Assembly: GCA_977016875.1 (NCBI GenBank)
Contig: CDRNST010000230.1
Span: 372,001-436,000, forward strand
DNA: 64,000 nt
Direction of reading: 5' to 3'
From: Pavona decussata
Lineage: Eukaryota
Part shown: positions 50,346 through 64,000 of the stretch, piece by piece
Position numbering within the stretch: the stretch's first letter is position 1
How the letters are laid out: each line of letters starts with the position of its first letter
Program-made: the position numbers and the translations under genes
Notes under the pieces: generated by a model
The model's database searches: none
What the model was told of the DNA's origin: nothing
What the model saw: only the letters and a program-made list of their open reading frames with translations

Positions 50346-53300
50346 TTGCGCGTGCGTCAAAACTCTCAGGGTTTTCTGGCTACTGTAAAGTTATGTTTCT
50401 GGATAATTCCAACACGTTGTCAAAACTCGGTACGAGTTGAAATTTATAGTCCGGAGAGTAATATGTTTCAGTGACTGACGTTTTCATTAGCGTTGTCTTT
50501 GCATATATGGTTGCGCATGCGTAACATCCCAAATGTCTGAGAGTCGAGTACTCGTATGCTCGACATGGACGTACGGAGTTTTCAAAGTTAAATGAAGTAT
50601 TTTTGTCAGCAAAAATTATCATTAATGTTCAACGTATAACTCATTAACCCCTCTAGGGTCTAAAAGTTGTTGAAGTTGCTAAAAACGACAAAAGGTGTTC
50701 AAAAAGTAACAAAATTCTTAAAATGAAAAATCAGTGTTGCCCCAAATGGAAAAGTTGCCTAACTTTGATGAGCAGTTTGTAGATAGCCGTATGGCAACAT
50801 CGCTTGAGAATTGAAAATTGCGCGTGCGCAGTTATATTCAGGGACCGCGGAGGGGGAGGGGCTTTAACCCCCCCTTTCCCCCACCTCCCACTTTTTGGAT
50901 GGTGAAAAAAATGTTTTATTTTACTTAACCATATCAATAACTTACAGAAACAACTTACCTTACATATTACTAAGTATATTAAGGTTTTCTCCGACAAACC
51001 CGACAATTTCAGACAGTTTGTCGTTATAGTTTTGCTGCTGAACGGACGACTAGATTTCAACCGTGAAATAATGGAATTTCAGCTGTTGTTTCTATTTTCA
51101 TTCGTTTTTTGATCGGTGTTTCACGAAGATAAAGTTTCATCACTGAATAAATTCGAGCGAGTTTTTGTACAAAGGCATTCATTTATGAAAGCTACTTATC
51201 GCCGTTACGCGTAAATATTTGAAACGGAGAATTATCTACGGCTATGATCATCGGCTGGATCAGTCAATTCCTCTGTCACAACGAACAAAGAAGCACACAT
51301 GACTTGCGAAAACATGAACAACGAAACTGGGTCTTCACAAAGTAGAGCTGCTGACTTTCACAAGAAAACAAGTCGAAAATTTCTGCCTCATCAGCCTGTT
51401 GTGTTGGTCAAATGTAAAAGGACCAGACTGAAACATTGACTCCTTTAAAAAAGAAAAGAAAACATAAATTTTAGTTGATACAATAAAACATTTACATCAG
51501 TGTTGGCAGGGCCCTGATATTGGCTCTCAGATCACGCCTGTCAAGCATATTCTGTTTTCAGAATATCCGTTCTTTTGAAATTTTCTATTCCCGCATACCA
51601 TTAATATTTTTCCTAAACAAGAATAAGCAAAAGCAGATAACTACAAAAGAATGCACTCTTATTATGCCGCCGTACAAGGAGGTTCCGTATTTTTGAATAT
51701 TTCAGCCATATTTGGGGCTATACCTTTTGAGGCGGAACATAATGTGGTATTTAGTTTACTATGGTGCAAAATTTTACAGAAAAAAAGGTTAGGTTAAAAA
51801 CGGAGAAAATCAGAAAATAACAGCAAAAAGTTTTAATTTTCATTCGTTTAAACATTCATGGATATGTATGTCAGACTGCGTGAGGGCAAAGGTAAATATA
51901 TAAATCGCTTCGGTGGCCGTGGAACGCAAATAACGACTGTTAATTGCTTTAAAGAAAATTAGCCATGCATGGAGAACAGGACAATGATGAAATACGTCAC
52001 CACTAAAATACCACATATTAAAAAAAACCCAGTTTAAATTTAATCCCAGCGTAAGCACCTTCGAGCTCCTCTTCGTTGAATATTTCTGATCAGTGCTTAT
52101 TCCAAGCATTTATTTCGCAAAACGTTCAACATACTACTTATTTCTCAGAGGCTCTCATGGCATCCCTTCTGGTACGGCAAGCGGATTTGAGTAATCAAGA
52201 AGTCAACCAGGCCGTCGGTGATGTAGAAATTCAACGGCCCCACTCAAGACTCAACACGAGAATACATCTGTTGTATAACGAAATGGAGTTTCTTTTGGAA
52301 TTTTGCTTTGTTTTGATCGTGCTTTGTTCAGCTTTTATTGTCAGTATCACGGCGAGGAATATACTTCTCACTACAGAGTAAGTCATGAAGAACAGCGAGA
52401 CAAGTGAAGGGAACATGATTTTTGTCGAGTATTACTATTCGAAGCCGGGTTCCATTCAACTTCAAGTTGCTCTTAGTTCAACATTTGTGGTCACTAATCG
52501 TTGCAAGAAAAAGACTTTTCAATACGGAGTGCTCGCTGCACAGAAGGATGGACAAGTAAAAAAAATTCTGCATTGTTTTATATCATGATACGAGCATTCA
52601 AATCAGTCAGATCAATGAAAGTTCGTTGGTCTACCATCATCCTTAAGAAGTACAAAAGTAACGTATCAAGATCAGTCGGTGACAACTGAGGAATATTATT
52701 GTTTGCATGACATAGAACCGAACTGACAACACTTTGGGACTGATGTACTGAGAAAATTTCTTCCATAAACGGCTTGAACATTTTTACTGTCCAGCAAACC
52801 GAGATAAGTCAATCGCCTGCGCATGCTCTGTAAAAGAAATTACTTATCCAGTGCTTGAGTCATGTTTACTGCATGAAGAATATTTTGGCCTTAATTTTCA
52901 TAGCCGGCTCGGTGAGAAACATGTAAGCATTCTACAAATATACACTACAACAAGCAGACCGTAAAGAGCCAAAATCATAATTTTAGTTACCTTCAGAAAA
53001 GGGTTGGGTGTTTTAGATCAATATCGTATCTTGATTCTCTTTACTCGAAAAGTTCAGGAGTTGTGTAACGAATTTCAGTGATGACATTTAAGGTGACACT
53101 TCCCTGACTCTCTTGTCCTTAATATTTTTTCGATTTTCGTATTGTAAAAATATACCCCCATAATAAAGCGCTTCTATTTTTTAAAACAGTCAAGGCTTCA
53201 AAGTCCAATTGTTTTAAAATAGACGAAACAAAGGTACGCAAAAAATGGTGATTCAATAAAATAGTTCTGTACGGTGTAGCTGTGTACGTCTTGTGTCAAA

Positions 53301-56300
53301 ACCCTTTTTTAAGCCACATTTTAAAATGGTTTTATTACTAATGCGGCCATCACTTTGGTGACTGGAACAAGACACTCTATCAACTCACATAAGAAAGATA
53401 CACAGAATGACAGTGCACCAAACTGATCAAGAAGCTAGTGTGAAATAACCTTAGAGAGGCCTTCGGGATAGCCTTCGGGAGTCACTGGCGCTGACGAATT
53501 TGCGCAAAACTAAAGAGTGGTCGACTCGGTCATCGCAGGATTTGAATGTGAATTGATACTCCTTGTGCTAAATAATCAATATCTTCCTTTGCTTGGCGCA
53601 ACAATCCTGCACAGATATTTAATTTGTCTAGATTGAACATCGTCTGTTCCTAGAAGCTCACGTGTACAGTTTCCCTTGAGCTTCGCTCGATTGCTGGATT
53701 CTCGGAACATAACATTTCCCTGAACAAATATTTATACATTTCCGTCCCAAATATAAGTCATTGTTTACATATGACATACACACAAATATTAGACAAGTCG
53801 CCGGGAACTCAAAGACCTCCCTTGTGTTTTATTTTTAATTTTTTCTGCACTCGGTTATCAGTCGAAGTATCGAGAGAATAGGTATATTGGCTCTCAGGTC
53901 AGTTTCCATTCCTGGCTTTTGATATTTTTCAATTATTCGGGCCGGATATTGTGTCATTCATAAACTGTTATAAGAAAAACCCACCAAGTTTCGAGAAAAT
54001 GCATTTCGTAAGATCTGAAGTTGGAAGAAATAAAGACTTTTTATTTATTTTTTATTTTTATTTTATTCATCTTTCCGGCAATTCCTTTTGAGTCCCTTTT
54101 GAGTGGTGTTCGTTTTACTTTGCTGCAAGGAGCAAAGAAACAAAGCTTATCTAAAAGCAGGAAATCTCAAACCAGTTAAAACAAATACAAAGATATTATT
54201 CTATTGAACAAAATTTGTTGAATTTTCAGTTGTTTTGAAACACAAGTTGATACGTCACGTCTGAGTGAGGGCGAACGAATATCACGATTAATCGCTCCCG
54301 CGACCATGAACGCAAATAACAACCTTTAATTGCTTTTTGAATAAAATATTTAGTTACGCATGGTATAAAAAGAGCAAGCAGCAGTAATGATTGAACTACG
54401 TCACTAATGAAATACCACATTAAAAGAAAAGCCCGTGAGCACTTTCGAGTTCATCGGTGCTGAACACTTCTGATCGATATTTGTTCTAAGAATTGATTTC
54501 GAAAAACTCACAACATACTCGTCTGAGGGTTTTTTTGTGGGGGGGGGGGGGGTTGTTTGTTTTTGTTTTGTTTTGTTTTGTTTTTTTGTTTGTTTGTTTG
54601 TTTGTCTTTTGACAGAATGGAATTCTCTGTAGCACGGCAAGCGCATTTGCGCAATCAACACTTCAATGATATTGTGGGTTATCTACAAATTCACCGGCTG
54701 CACTAAAGACTATACACACGAGAATACAGCTGTTGTATAAGAAAATGGAGTTTCTTTTGGAATTTTGTTTTGTTGTGCTTTGTTCAGCTTTTATTGTCAG
54801 TATCATGGCAGGGAAAATACATCTCAATACAGAGTAAGTCGTACTGAGAACAGAGAAACAATTGCAGGACATGATTTTTGTCGCGAATAACTGCTCGAAC
54901 GTTCCATTCAATTCCAAGTTGTTTAATGTTAGTTCAACATTTTTGGTCACCGGTCTTTGCAAGAAAAAGATTTCTCAATACGGAGTGCTGCAAAAAAGAT
55001 GGAAAAGAGAAAAAAAATCTTCATTTCTCGATATCATGATACGAACATTCTAATCAATAACAGTTCGTGGTCTACCATCATCATGCTTGGCAAGGACATA
55101 CTATCGTAGTACAGAGCAATACATAAAGACTAGTCAGTGGCAACCGAAGAAGATTACTGTCTGCATGACAGCCAAACGAACTGATAAATAACAGTTTGGG
55201 ATGTACTGAGAAAATTTCTTCCATAAACGGCTTGAACATTTTTACCTTCCAGCAAATCGAGATAAGTCAATCGCCTGCACATGCTCTGTAAAAGAAATTT
55301 CTCATCCAGTGCTTGAGTCATGTTTAAAACATGAAGAATATTTTGGCCTTAATTTTCATAGCCGGCTTGGCGAGAAACATGTACGCATTCTACAAATATA
55401 CACTGTTACAAGCAGAACGTAAAGAGCCATAATCATAATTTTAGTTACCTTTAGCAAAGGGGTTGGGTGTTTTAGATCAACAGTGAAGAAATCAGTTAAG
55501 GTGACAACTTCCCTGACTCCCATGTCCTCAATATTTTTTGTGATTTTAGCATTGTAAAAATATACCACATATTAAAGCGTTTCTATTTTTCAAAACAGTT
55601 AAGGCTTCAAAGTCCAATTGTTTTAAAATAGACGATTAACGGCACGCAAAAATGGTGATTCAACAAAATAGTTTTGTACGGTGTAGTTGCGTTTTTCAAT
55701 GCTTGTACGTCCTGTCTCAAACCGTTTTTTAACCACATTTTAAAATGGTTTTGTTACTAATGCGACCATCAGTTTGATGACAGGAACCGAAGGACACTTT
55801 ATCAACTCAAATGAGAACGATACAAAGAAAAAAAGGTCTTCTCAACGCACCATACAAAATATTCGGTGACAGTGCACCTAACTGATCAAGAAGCTCGTGT
55901 GAAATAGCCTCAGGGAGGCCTTCGGGAGCTTCCAGCAGCCACTGGGACTGCGGAATTTGCAGAGAACTAAAGAGTGGTCGACTCGGTCAGCGCAGGATTG
56001 AATGTGAACTGATACTCCTTGTGGTAAATAATCAATATATACCTTTACGTGGCGCGAAAACCCTGCACAGATATTTAATTTGTCTAGATTGAACATTGTC
56101 TGTTCCTAGAAGTTCACGTGTACAGTTTCCCTTGAGCTTCGCTCTCGTGAAATTGCTCGCTTCTCGGAACCTAACACAAATGATTTCCCTGAACAAATAT
56201 TTGTACATTCCGTCCCAAATATGAGTCATTGTTTACAAATGACACACACAAATATTAGACAAGTCGGCCGGAAGTCAAAGCCCATTTCTTGTGTTTTATT

Positions 56301-56531
56301 TTTAATTTTTTCTTCACTTACTATCAGTCGAAGTATCGAGAGAACAGGTATATTGGCTCTCAGGTCAGCTACATCAATATGCTTTCAGAATATCCATTCT
56401 CGGCTTTTGATATTTTTCAGTTATTCGGGCCGGTTGTTGCTTTATTCATAAACCGTTATAAGAAAAAACCCACTATTTCTGAGAAAATGCATTTCGTACA
56501 ATTTTTTTTCATACAAGGTAGTTCGTTAGGA

Positions 56532-59500
56532 CACAGGCAGCTCAAGCTCAATATCAGAGAACCGTTGAATTATAAGGATTTGTATGGGAATACAACGGAT
56601 TTGTGTAAAATGGTAGAAACAAACATTGTTTTCTCAATAAAATCAAGTTACCCTGTTTCTACTTGTATTCTTTGTCATTTTCCAGCTTTTCAAGCCGGTT
56701 TGAAGCGATGTCGGTGAGTTAGCGTCATTCGGGTTTCTACTGCTAAGTGTAACGAAAGGCCAAACAGTATTTCAGCCATGCCTGAAGCACGAAACGGAAT
56801 AAATCCGTTGAAATCATCCCTAGTGTCCCAATTCCTTCATAGAAACAAAGTAGAGATCATACCTATCCTGCTAGTGCACCTCCGACTCAACTAAAGCCTG
56901 AGTATCACGTTTGCTAGAAAATTTTCTTTCAAGTCAGCTCGCTTCTGAGATTTCGAAAGATGCGCGGCCAGAACACCATGGACACATTGAACGTCCGAAC
57001 AGCACGCTGGGTAACAAAAGTTCCCTGGCACGGGGGGAACCGCGGCCAGCATGCAGTTGTCCACAGGCAAACAGATTTGTTCCCGCGGCCTCCTCTTGTC
57101 CTTTTTGTCAAGACCGTCAAAAGACCATTGTTCCCATCGACCAATCAAAATTACTACCGGACTATTCAACCTAAATTTCCGGTACAGAATCAAAAATATG
57201 GACAACCTGTTGTCCTTTTTCCCAGAAATTTGGAAATTCCGGGAATTTTCCGTTCCATTGGTCATACCCTGACTGAGGATGTCAACCAGTTGAATATTTT
57301 TGTTCCATTCAAACTTAGAAAAACCATTGTGACTGTTCCAATAAAAAGAGAAGTTAGCGCGACGTGTATTTGAAATAATGCAAGAAAAGTGAAGTTTCTA
57401 CTGACACATTCCAATCAAGCAGTATTCGGTCTTAACAAGTAATTCGTTCTTCCCAGTTGTAGTTAAGGCTTTCGTTCAGGTGTTGCGGTTTTGAACGCAG
57501 GTGAATGCTGTACGATTCGCCAGTGAAAAATCTAGTGTCATGGAATCTCATCTCACAAAAATCGCCCCCACGACAGAGTCAGGAAAGAGCTCTGGGGGGG
57601 AGTATCCATTGAGCGCCTCTTTAAAAACGGGTGGCAGGAAAAAGCACATTCGTATACACCATCCTTTTCGTTATCAATGGAGTCGTTTCTTTTGTGTTCA
57701 CTCTTCGCCTTTTGTTTGATTCGTTTCTTTCAATCAACCCTAATCATACCTGTCATTCGATGAGTTTCTTTTGTAAAGGTTACCGAATTATTATTAATCA
57801 TATGACAAACTTTGTTCACACTAATTGTTCGACGTAGCAGTACCAGGAAAAGGGCTAATTAGCTTGCATGGCGTGTTGGAATGCACAAAACATGAGGTTT
57901 TTAGCATATGATATATTCAAATTTACCAGTATTCGAGTTTGAAAAGTTATTCATTCAGATTGACGGTTAACTCAGATCTTGGTTTATGAACGAAAGTGAG
58001 TGCTGATCGATTCGCAAAGTTGAATGTCACCAGTGAATCCACCGCGTTCACTGGCCTTCCGTGATTCAATATATCAAAGAAAGATAAGTATTTTTGTTAT
58101 TGTTGTTGTTGTTGTTGTTGTTATCCAGTTTTACAGGTTTAATCTTGAGTATGTTATAATGTACATTCCAGGATAACGGTTTTGGTTTTCTTCGATTTCG
58201 CTCGGCGTCACTTGCAAGCCGTCTTTAATCTTGACCAGGCAGGCACACCGATAGACGTAAATGACACTCCACATTCACCAAAACATTTATATTCTGGGAT
58301 CTGTGGTGGAATTACGATTCGCGTCCTACCGTCAAAGTGAAGTGTTAACAGCCAACTCTGCGGGAGCAGTTATGATGTTTGCTGCGGACTCGATTAACGC
58401 AGCACATGACGTGGTTTCCGGCTGGATCCTCAGTTGCAAAGAGAACAGAAGGACGGTTCTCTAAATAATAAAACATACTGGAAACGTGCAGCCCCTGGGC
58501 TGCCTAAAGTCTCTTCGTTTGTCTACAGGAATCACCAGCAAATTTCATGTGACAGCCTCGAGCGTGATGCACAACAGCAGGTTTTTCTTTAAGATTTTCT
58601 ATAATAAAGTGTGTTTTTGCTCGATCTTCTGTTGATTCATGTGCATGGCCAAATTCTCGTTGATAGTTTTAATTGGATGTTCTTTGCTAGTGAGAACAAT
58701 GACTAAAAAATTTCCTTGTTGCATACAAAAACAGTAACAAAACAGACAGAACAATAAAACAGAGCTAAAACATGCTGTTGTGCATCACGTTGAAAACAAC
58801 AAATATATACTATGGAGTAGGTACAGGAAAGAATAGCAAACTAGAGGCGTTTTCCATTTGTCCGAACTGGCTGGCCGAAGACTGGTTATTCCGCTGAATA
58901 AAAGCACGATTGTCAAGAAATGGCTCCTGTGCTACACCTTCAAGCTCCTTCAAATTGGGGCAAACCATTTCCAAAATGTGCATTTTGAAGATTCTTTAGA
59001 GCTAACTCTTCAAAATTTCTCGTTCTATTTTCAAACTGATTGGCCAAGCTGGTCCTTTCTGGCAAATGTAAAGCACTCTAGTATACAAGGAGAAATCAGC
59101 GCTTTAATAACAATAAAGAAGATTGGGAAGAAAGAGTACTCGGAGATATTAGTGACAGGGAGCCGCGAACGTTTCAAATTGGCGATAAGAAACTATTTTT
59201 GTATTAGAAGTTTTCCAACTATTTTGTGGACAAAAAAATTTTGGTAGGGACCTCTATCTAGGGCTTTATGCAGAAAATTATATATGAACCCTTTTCCGTT
59301 AAGTACTGGGAAGTTGGACGTTTTAGGCATTCACTTTTAGTACGTTTGCAACAAGCCACCCGTCACTAATATACCCGAGTACCCAGTCAAGAGCAGCCAA
59401 CATTGCTCCACGGTGACCCATACTGGATATTGTCGACCCTACAATATGGGTACCCATGGACCAATAACAGCCAACAAAGGCACGCAAAAACAAATATTGG

Positions 59501-62138
59501 CATATGAGGGTACGCATGGACCAATATTGACCAATATAGGTGCCATGAACTAATATTGGTCAATATAGGTACCCATGGAAATGTATTCGCCAAAATGGGT
59601 AGCCATACAACAATATTGGCCAATATAGGTACCCAGAAAGTAATATTGGACAATATGGGTAGCCAAATACCAATATTGGCCAATATAGGTAACCAAAGAC
59701 CAATATTCGCCAACATGGGTACCCAGGGACCAATATTGGCCAATATAGGTATCTATGGACCAATATTGGCCAATATGGGTACCCAGGCACCAATATTGGC
59801 AAATATGGGTACCCAGGGTCCTACATTGGCCAATATGGGTAGCCATGCAAAAATATTGGCCAATATTGGTCCTTGGGTACCCATATTAACCAACATTGGT
59901 CTCTAGGCACCCATATTGGCCAATATTGGTCGATGGGTACCCATATTGGCCAACATTGGTCCCTGGGTACCCATATTGGCCAATATTGGTCGATGGGTAC
60001 CTATATTGGCCAACATTGGTCCCTAGGCACCCATATTGGCCAATATAGGTACTCATTGACCAATATTGGTCACTAGCTACCCATATTGGCCAATATTGGT
60101 CCATGGGCACCCATATTGGCCAATATTGGTCCCTGGGCACCCATATTGGCCAATATAGGTACCCATAGACCAATATTGGTCACCTGGTACCCATATTGGC
60201 CAATATTGGTCCATGGGTACCCATATTGGCCAATATTGGTTCCTGGCTACCCATATTGGCCAATATAGGTACCCATTGACTAATATTGGCCAATATCGGT
60301 CCATGGCTACCCATATTGGCCAATATTGGTCCCTAGGCACCCATATTGGCCAGTACTAGTGCCCAGGACCCATATTGGCCAATATGAGTACCCATGGACC
60401 AATATTGGTCACCAGGTACCCATATTGGCCAATATTGGTCCCTGGCACCCATATTGGCTAATATTGGTCCCCGGGCACCAATATTGGCCAATATGAGTAC
60501 CCAGGGACCCATACATGCCAATGTTGGTACCCATGGACCAATATTGGCGAATATGGGTATACATGAACTAATATTTGCCAATATGGGTGCCCAGGGACCA
60601 ATGTTGGCCAATATGGGTACCGAAGGACAAATATTGGCCAATATTGTTGCATGGATACTCATATTGGCCAATTTTGGTCCATGGGTACCCATATTGACCA
60701 ATATTGGTGCCTGGGTACCCATGTTGGCCAATCTTGGTTCCTGGGTACCCAGATCGGAGAATATTGGTCCATAGGTACCTATATTGGCCTGGGTACACAT
60801 ATAGGCCAATATTGGTCTTTGGTTACCTATATTGGCCATTATTGGTTTATGGCTACCCATATTGGCCAATACTTTTCCATGGGTCCCTATGTTGACCAAT
60901 ATTATTTCATGCGTACCTATATTGGCCAATATTGGTCCATGCGTGCCCTTATATGCCAATATTGGTTCATGCGTGCCTATGTTGGCCAATATTGGTCCAT
61001 GGGTACCCATATTGTAGGGTTGACAATTGCCAGTATGGGTCACCATGGAGCAATGTTGGTTGCTCTTGACATGGTACTCAGGTATTTTAGTGACGGGTGG
61101 CTTGTTGCAAACGTACTAAAAGTGAATCCCCAAAACGTCCAACTTCTCAGTAGTTAACGGGTTCAAATTTTCTGCATAAAGCCCTAGATACAGGTCCCTA
61201 CCAAAATTTTTTTGTCCACAAAATAGTTCGCCAGGAAATTTCTAACACCAAAATAGTTCCCTAAGAATTTGGCCATGCACCTGAATCAACACAAGATCGA
61301 GCAAAAGCGCTTTTTTATAGAAACTCTTAAAGGAAAACCTGCTGTTGTGCATCACGCTCAAGGCTGCCACATGAGATTTGCTGGTGATTCCTGTAGACAA
61401 ACGAAGAGACTTTAGGCAGCCCAGGGGCTGCACGTTTCCAGTATGTTTTATTATTTAGAGAACCGTCTTTCTGTTCTCTTTGCAACTGAGGATCCAGCCG
61501 GAAACCACATCATGTGCTGCGTTAATCGAGTCCGCAGCAAACATCATAACTGCTCCCGCAGAGTTGGCTGTTAACACTTCACTTTGACGGTAGGACGCGA
61601 ATCGTAATTCCACCACAGATTCCAGGATATAAATGTTTTGGTGAATGTGGAGTGTCATTAACGTCTATCGGTGTGCCTGCCTGGTCAAGATTAAGGACGG
61701 CTTGCAAGTGACGCCAAGCGAAATCGACGAAAGCCAAGAAAACCAAGACCGCTAGCCTGCAATGTACATTGTAACATACTCAAGATTAAGCTATAAAACT
61801 GGATAACAACAACAGCAACAACATTGGATGGATTCACTGGTGCCTTTTAACTTTGCGAATCGAACAGCACTCACTTTCGTTCATAAACCAAGATCTGAGT
61901 CAACCGTCAATCTGAATGAATAACTTTTCAAACTCGAATACTGCTAAATTTGAATGTATTATATGCTAAAAACTTCATGGTTCGTGCATTCCGACACGCC
62001 ATGCAGGCTAATTTGCCTTTTTGATTGATACTGCTACGTCGAACAATTAGTGTGAACAAAGTTTGTCAAATCCGTTATATTCCCATACAAATCCTTATGA
62101 TTCAACAGTTCTCTGATATTGAGCTTGGGCTGCCTGTG
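56532..62138. mobile_element. 5.6-kb non-autonomous foldback (long inverted repeat) DNA transposon with 7-bp TSD
   Basis: Ends CACAGGCAGC...GCTGCCTGTG; TSD GTTAGGA at 56525-56531 and 62139-62145. Arms 56532-56600 / 62070-62138, 57803-58660 / 61262-62068 and 59190-59860 / 60650-61260 are reverse complements. No transposase recognised. Confidence 0.88.
59435..61015. repeat. 30-bp palindromic minisatellite (consensus CCATATTGGCCAATATTGGTCCCTGGGTAC) at the centre of the foldback
   Basis: About 50 visible units; orientation switches near 59860, 60370 and 60650. Confidence 0.95.
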
Positions 62139-64000
62139 GTTAGGATGTGAAGTTTGATTCATCTTTCCGGCGATTCCTTTTGAGCCTGTTTTGCCAGTGG
62201 TGTTCGATTTACTTTGCTGCAAGGTGCAAAGAAACAAAGCTTATCTAAAAGAAAAAACAGGAATTCTCAAACCATTAAAAACAAGTATATAGACATTATT
62301 CTATGGAACAAAATTTGTTGAATTTTCATTTGTTTTCACACACGAGCTGATGCGCCACGTCTGAGCCTGAGTGAGGGTAAACAAATATCACAATTAATCG
62401 CTCCCTCGGCCATGAACGCAAATAACAACCTTTAATTGCTTTTTGAATCAAAAATTTAGTTACGCATGGTAAATAAAGAGCAGGCAGTAGCAATAAACTA
62501 CGTCACCAATGAAATACCACATTAAAAAAGGAAAAAAAAAAACGCCGTGAGCGCTTTCAAGTTCATCGGTGCTGAATATTTCTGATCGATGTATGTTCCA
62601 AGAATTCATTTCGCAAAACTCACAACATACTCGTTTGAGTTTTTCTTTTTCTTTGAGAGAATGGAATTCTCTGTAGAATTATAATTAACTGATACCCCTT
62701 GGTAGACAGTCAATGAAAACCTTTTACCGCGCTTCTCGGAACATAATGCTTCCCCAAACAAATATTCGTACATTTCCGTCCCATATATGGGCTATTGCAA
62801 TTGTTTACATATAACATTCACCCAAAGAGTAGAGAAGTCGCTCGGAAGTCAAAGACCTCATGCCCACTTGCGTTTTAGTTCTCCATTACTTTCAATTTTT
62901 TCTTGTACTTGTGTTAAGTCAAATTATCCAAAAATTAGCCCACGAACGTTGAGGTTGCATATAGTGTGAACTTCGCCTTGTTTACTTATTTACTTGTCGC
63001 AAATATGGGCTATTGTTTACATAAAACATACACCCAAAAAGTAATAAAGTCACTCACAATTCAAACATCTCCCTCGTTTTTATATTTTTCATTTTTTTTT
63101 TTTTTTTTGTACCTCTTATCGGTCGAAGAATCGAGAAAACAGCCCACGAACTTTGCAGTTGCATATAGCGTAAAGTTCGCCGCCTTTGTTGACTGACGAA
63201 CTATCGTGCGTGTGGGTATATTGGCTCTTCGGTGAACTCCGTTAATATATATGCTTTCAGAATATCCATCCTTGGCTTTTGATATCTTTCAGTTATTCCG
63301 GCCGGCCGGTATTCCTAAACCGCTCTAAGAAAACCCGAATATTTCCGAGAGAATGCATTTCTCGTAACGTTTTTAATACAAGGTGGTTCTTTGGGATCTC
63401 AATCTTTAATTCATTTTTCTGGCAATTCCTTCTGAGCCCCTTTTGAGTGGTACGCGGTTTATTATGCTACGAGGTATAAAGAAAAAAAGCTTATCTAAAA
63501 AAAGAACTTTTAGAATGAAAACAAATGTATAGACGATATTTAATTTCTTGAATTTTCAGTTGTTTTGAAACACAAGTTGATACGTCACGTCTGAGTGAGG
63601 GCGAACGAATATCACAATCAATCGCTCCCGTAGCCATGGAACGCAAATAACAACTTTTAATTGCTTTTTAAATAAAAGTGTTAGTTACACATGGATAAAA
63701 GGGCCGGCAGTAATAATAAACTACGTCACCAATGAAATACCACATCAGTTTAAAAAGAACGTCCGCTCTAACATAGACACTATCGTAAGCACTTTCGAGT
63801 TCATCGTTGTTGATCATTTCTGATCAATGTTTGTCAGTTCTAATAATTTATTTCGCAAAACTCACAACATAATCGTTTGAGATTTCTTTACAGAATGGAA
63901 TTCTCTCTAGCAGGGCAAGTGCATCAGTTGAGCAATCAAGAAGTCAATAATATTTCCGGTGATCTACAAAGTGAACGGTCCTACTCAAGACTCAACACGA

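Larger units (their letters stand above)
51515..64000 (+). repeat. Tandem segmental duplication, ~2.4-kb unit, at least four diverged copies (anchors ATATTGGCTCT at ~51517, 53884, 56349, 63219)
   Basis: Long alignable blocks, e.g. 52740-53000 vs 55200-55460, 53100-53990 vs 55495-56500, 54220-54500 vs 62320-62640 vs 63550-63900. Copy 3 is interrupted by the foldback element; copy 4 runs off the window. Confidence 0.85.

Noticed and set aside
56891-57373. Cys-containing ORFs in the foldback left arm as a THAP or transposase remnant
   Set aside because: No convincing THAP (CxxxxC...W...CxxHF) or DDE pattern could be recognised.
59435-61015. 30-bp repeats as a CRISPR array or as repetitive proteins (PILANIG, THIGQYW ORFs)
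   Set aside because: No spacers; ORFs open in many frames on both strands are an artefact of a stop-poor palindromic satellite.

Overview
Eukaryotic, AT-rich, intron-containing, transposon-dense DNA. It is most consistent with an anthozoan (probably stony coral) draft assembly, inferred from the gene families and repeat types, and it has two N gaps. Host genes: the 3' five exons of a lipoxygenase (+, 5173-10360; Gly at the R/S stereo-determining site, C-terminal Thr, one apparent +1 frameshift), an intronless class A GPCR (-, 26948-27913) and a complete 13-exon parvin (-, 34777-47802, 369 aa). Mobile DNA includes a decayed L1/Tx1-like LINE, two Gypsy remnants, L2/CR1-type and Penelope fragments, SINEs, many MITEs, a hAT derivative with a 5-bp TSD, and a 5.6-kb foldback element with a 7-bp TSD inside a ~2.4-kb tandem segmental duplication. 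The standout is an apparently intact ~7.95-kb DNA transposon (17872-25822, IS3EU-like TAC...GTA ends) with ~476-bp near-identical terminal inverted repeats (TIRs). Each TIR carries a start codon, a 64-nt zinc-ribbon exon (MYCSNCG...CANCGK) and a GTAAGT splice donor. The left copy can splice in frame onto a DDE transposase and the right copy in frame onto a HECT-type E3 ubiquitin ligase. The two convergent genes therefore appear to share a TIR-encoded first exon and, presumably, a promoter.
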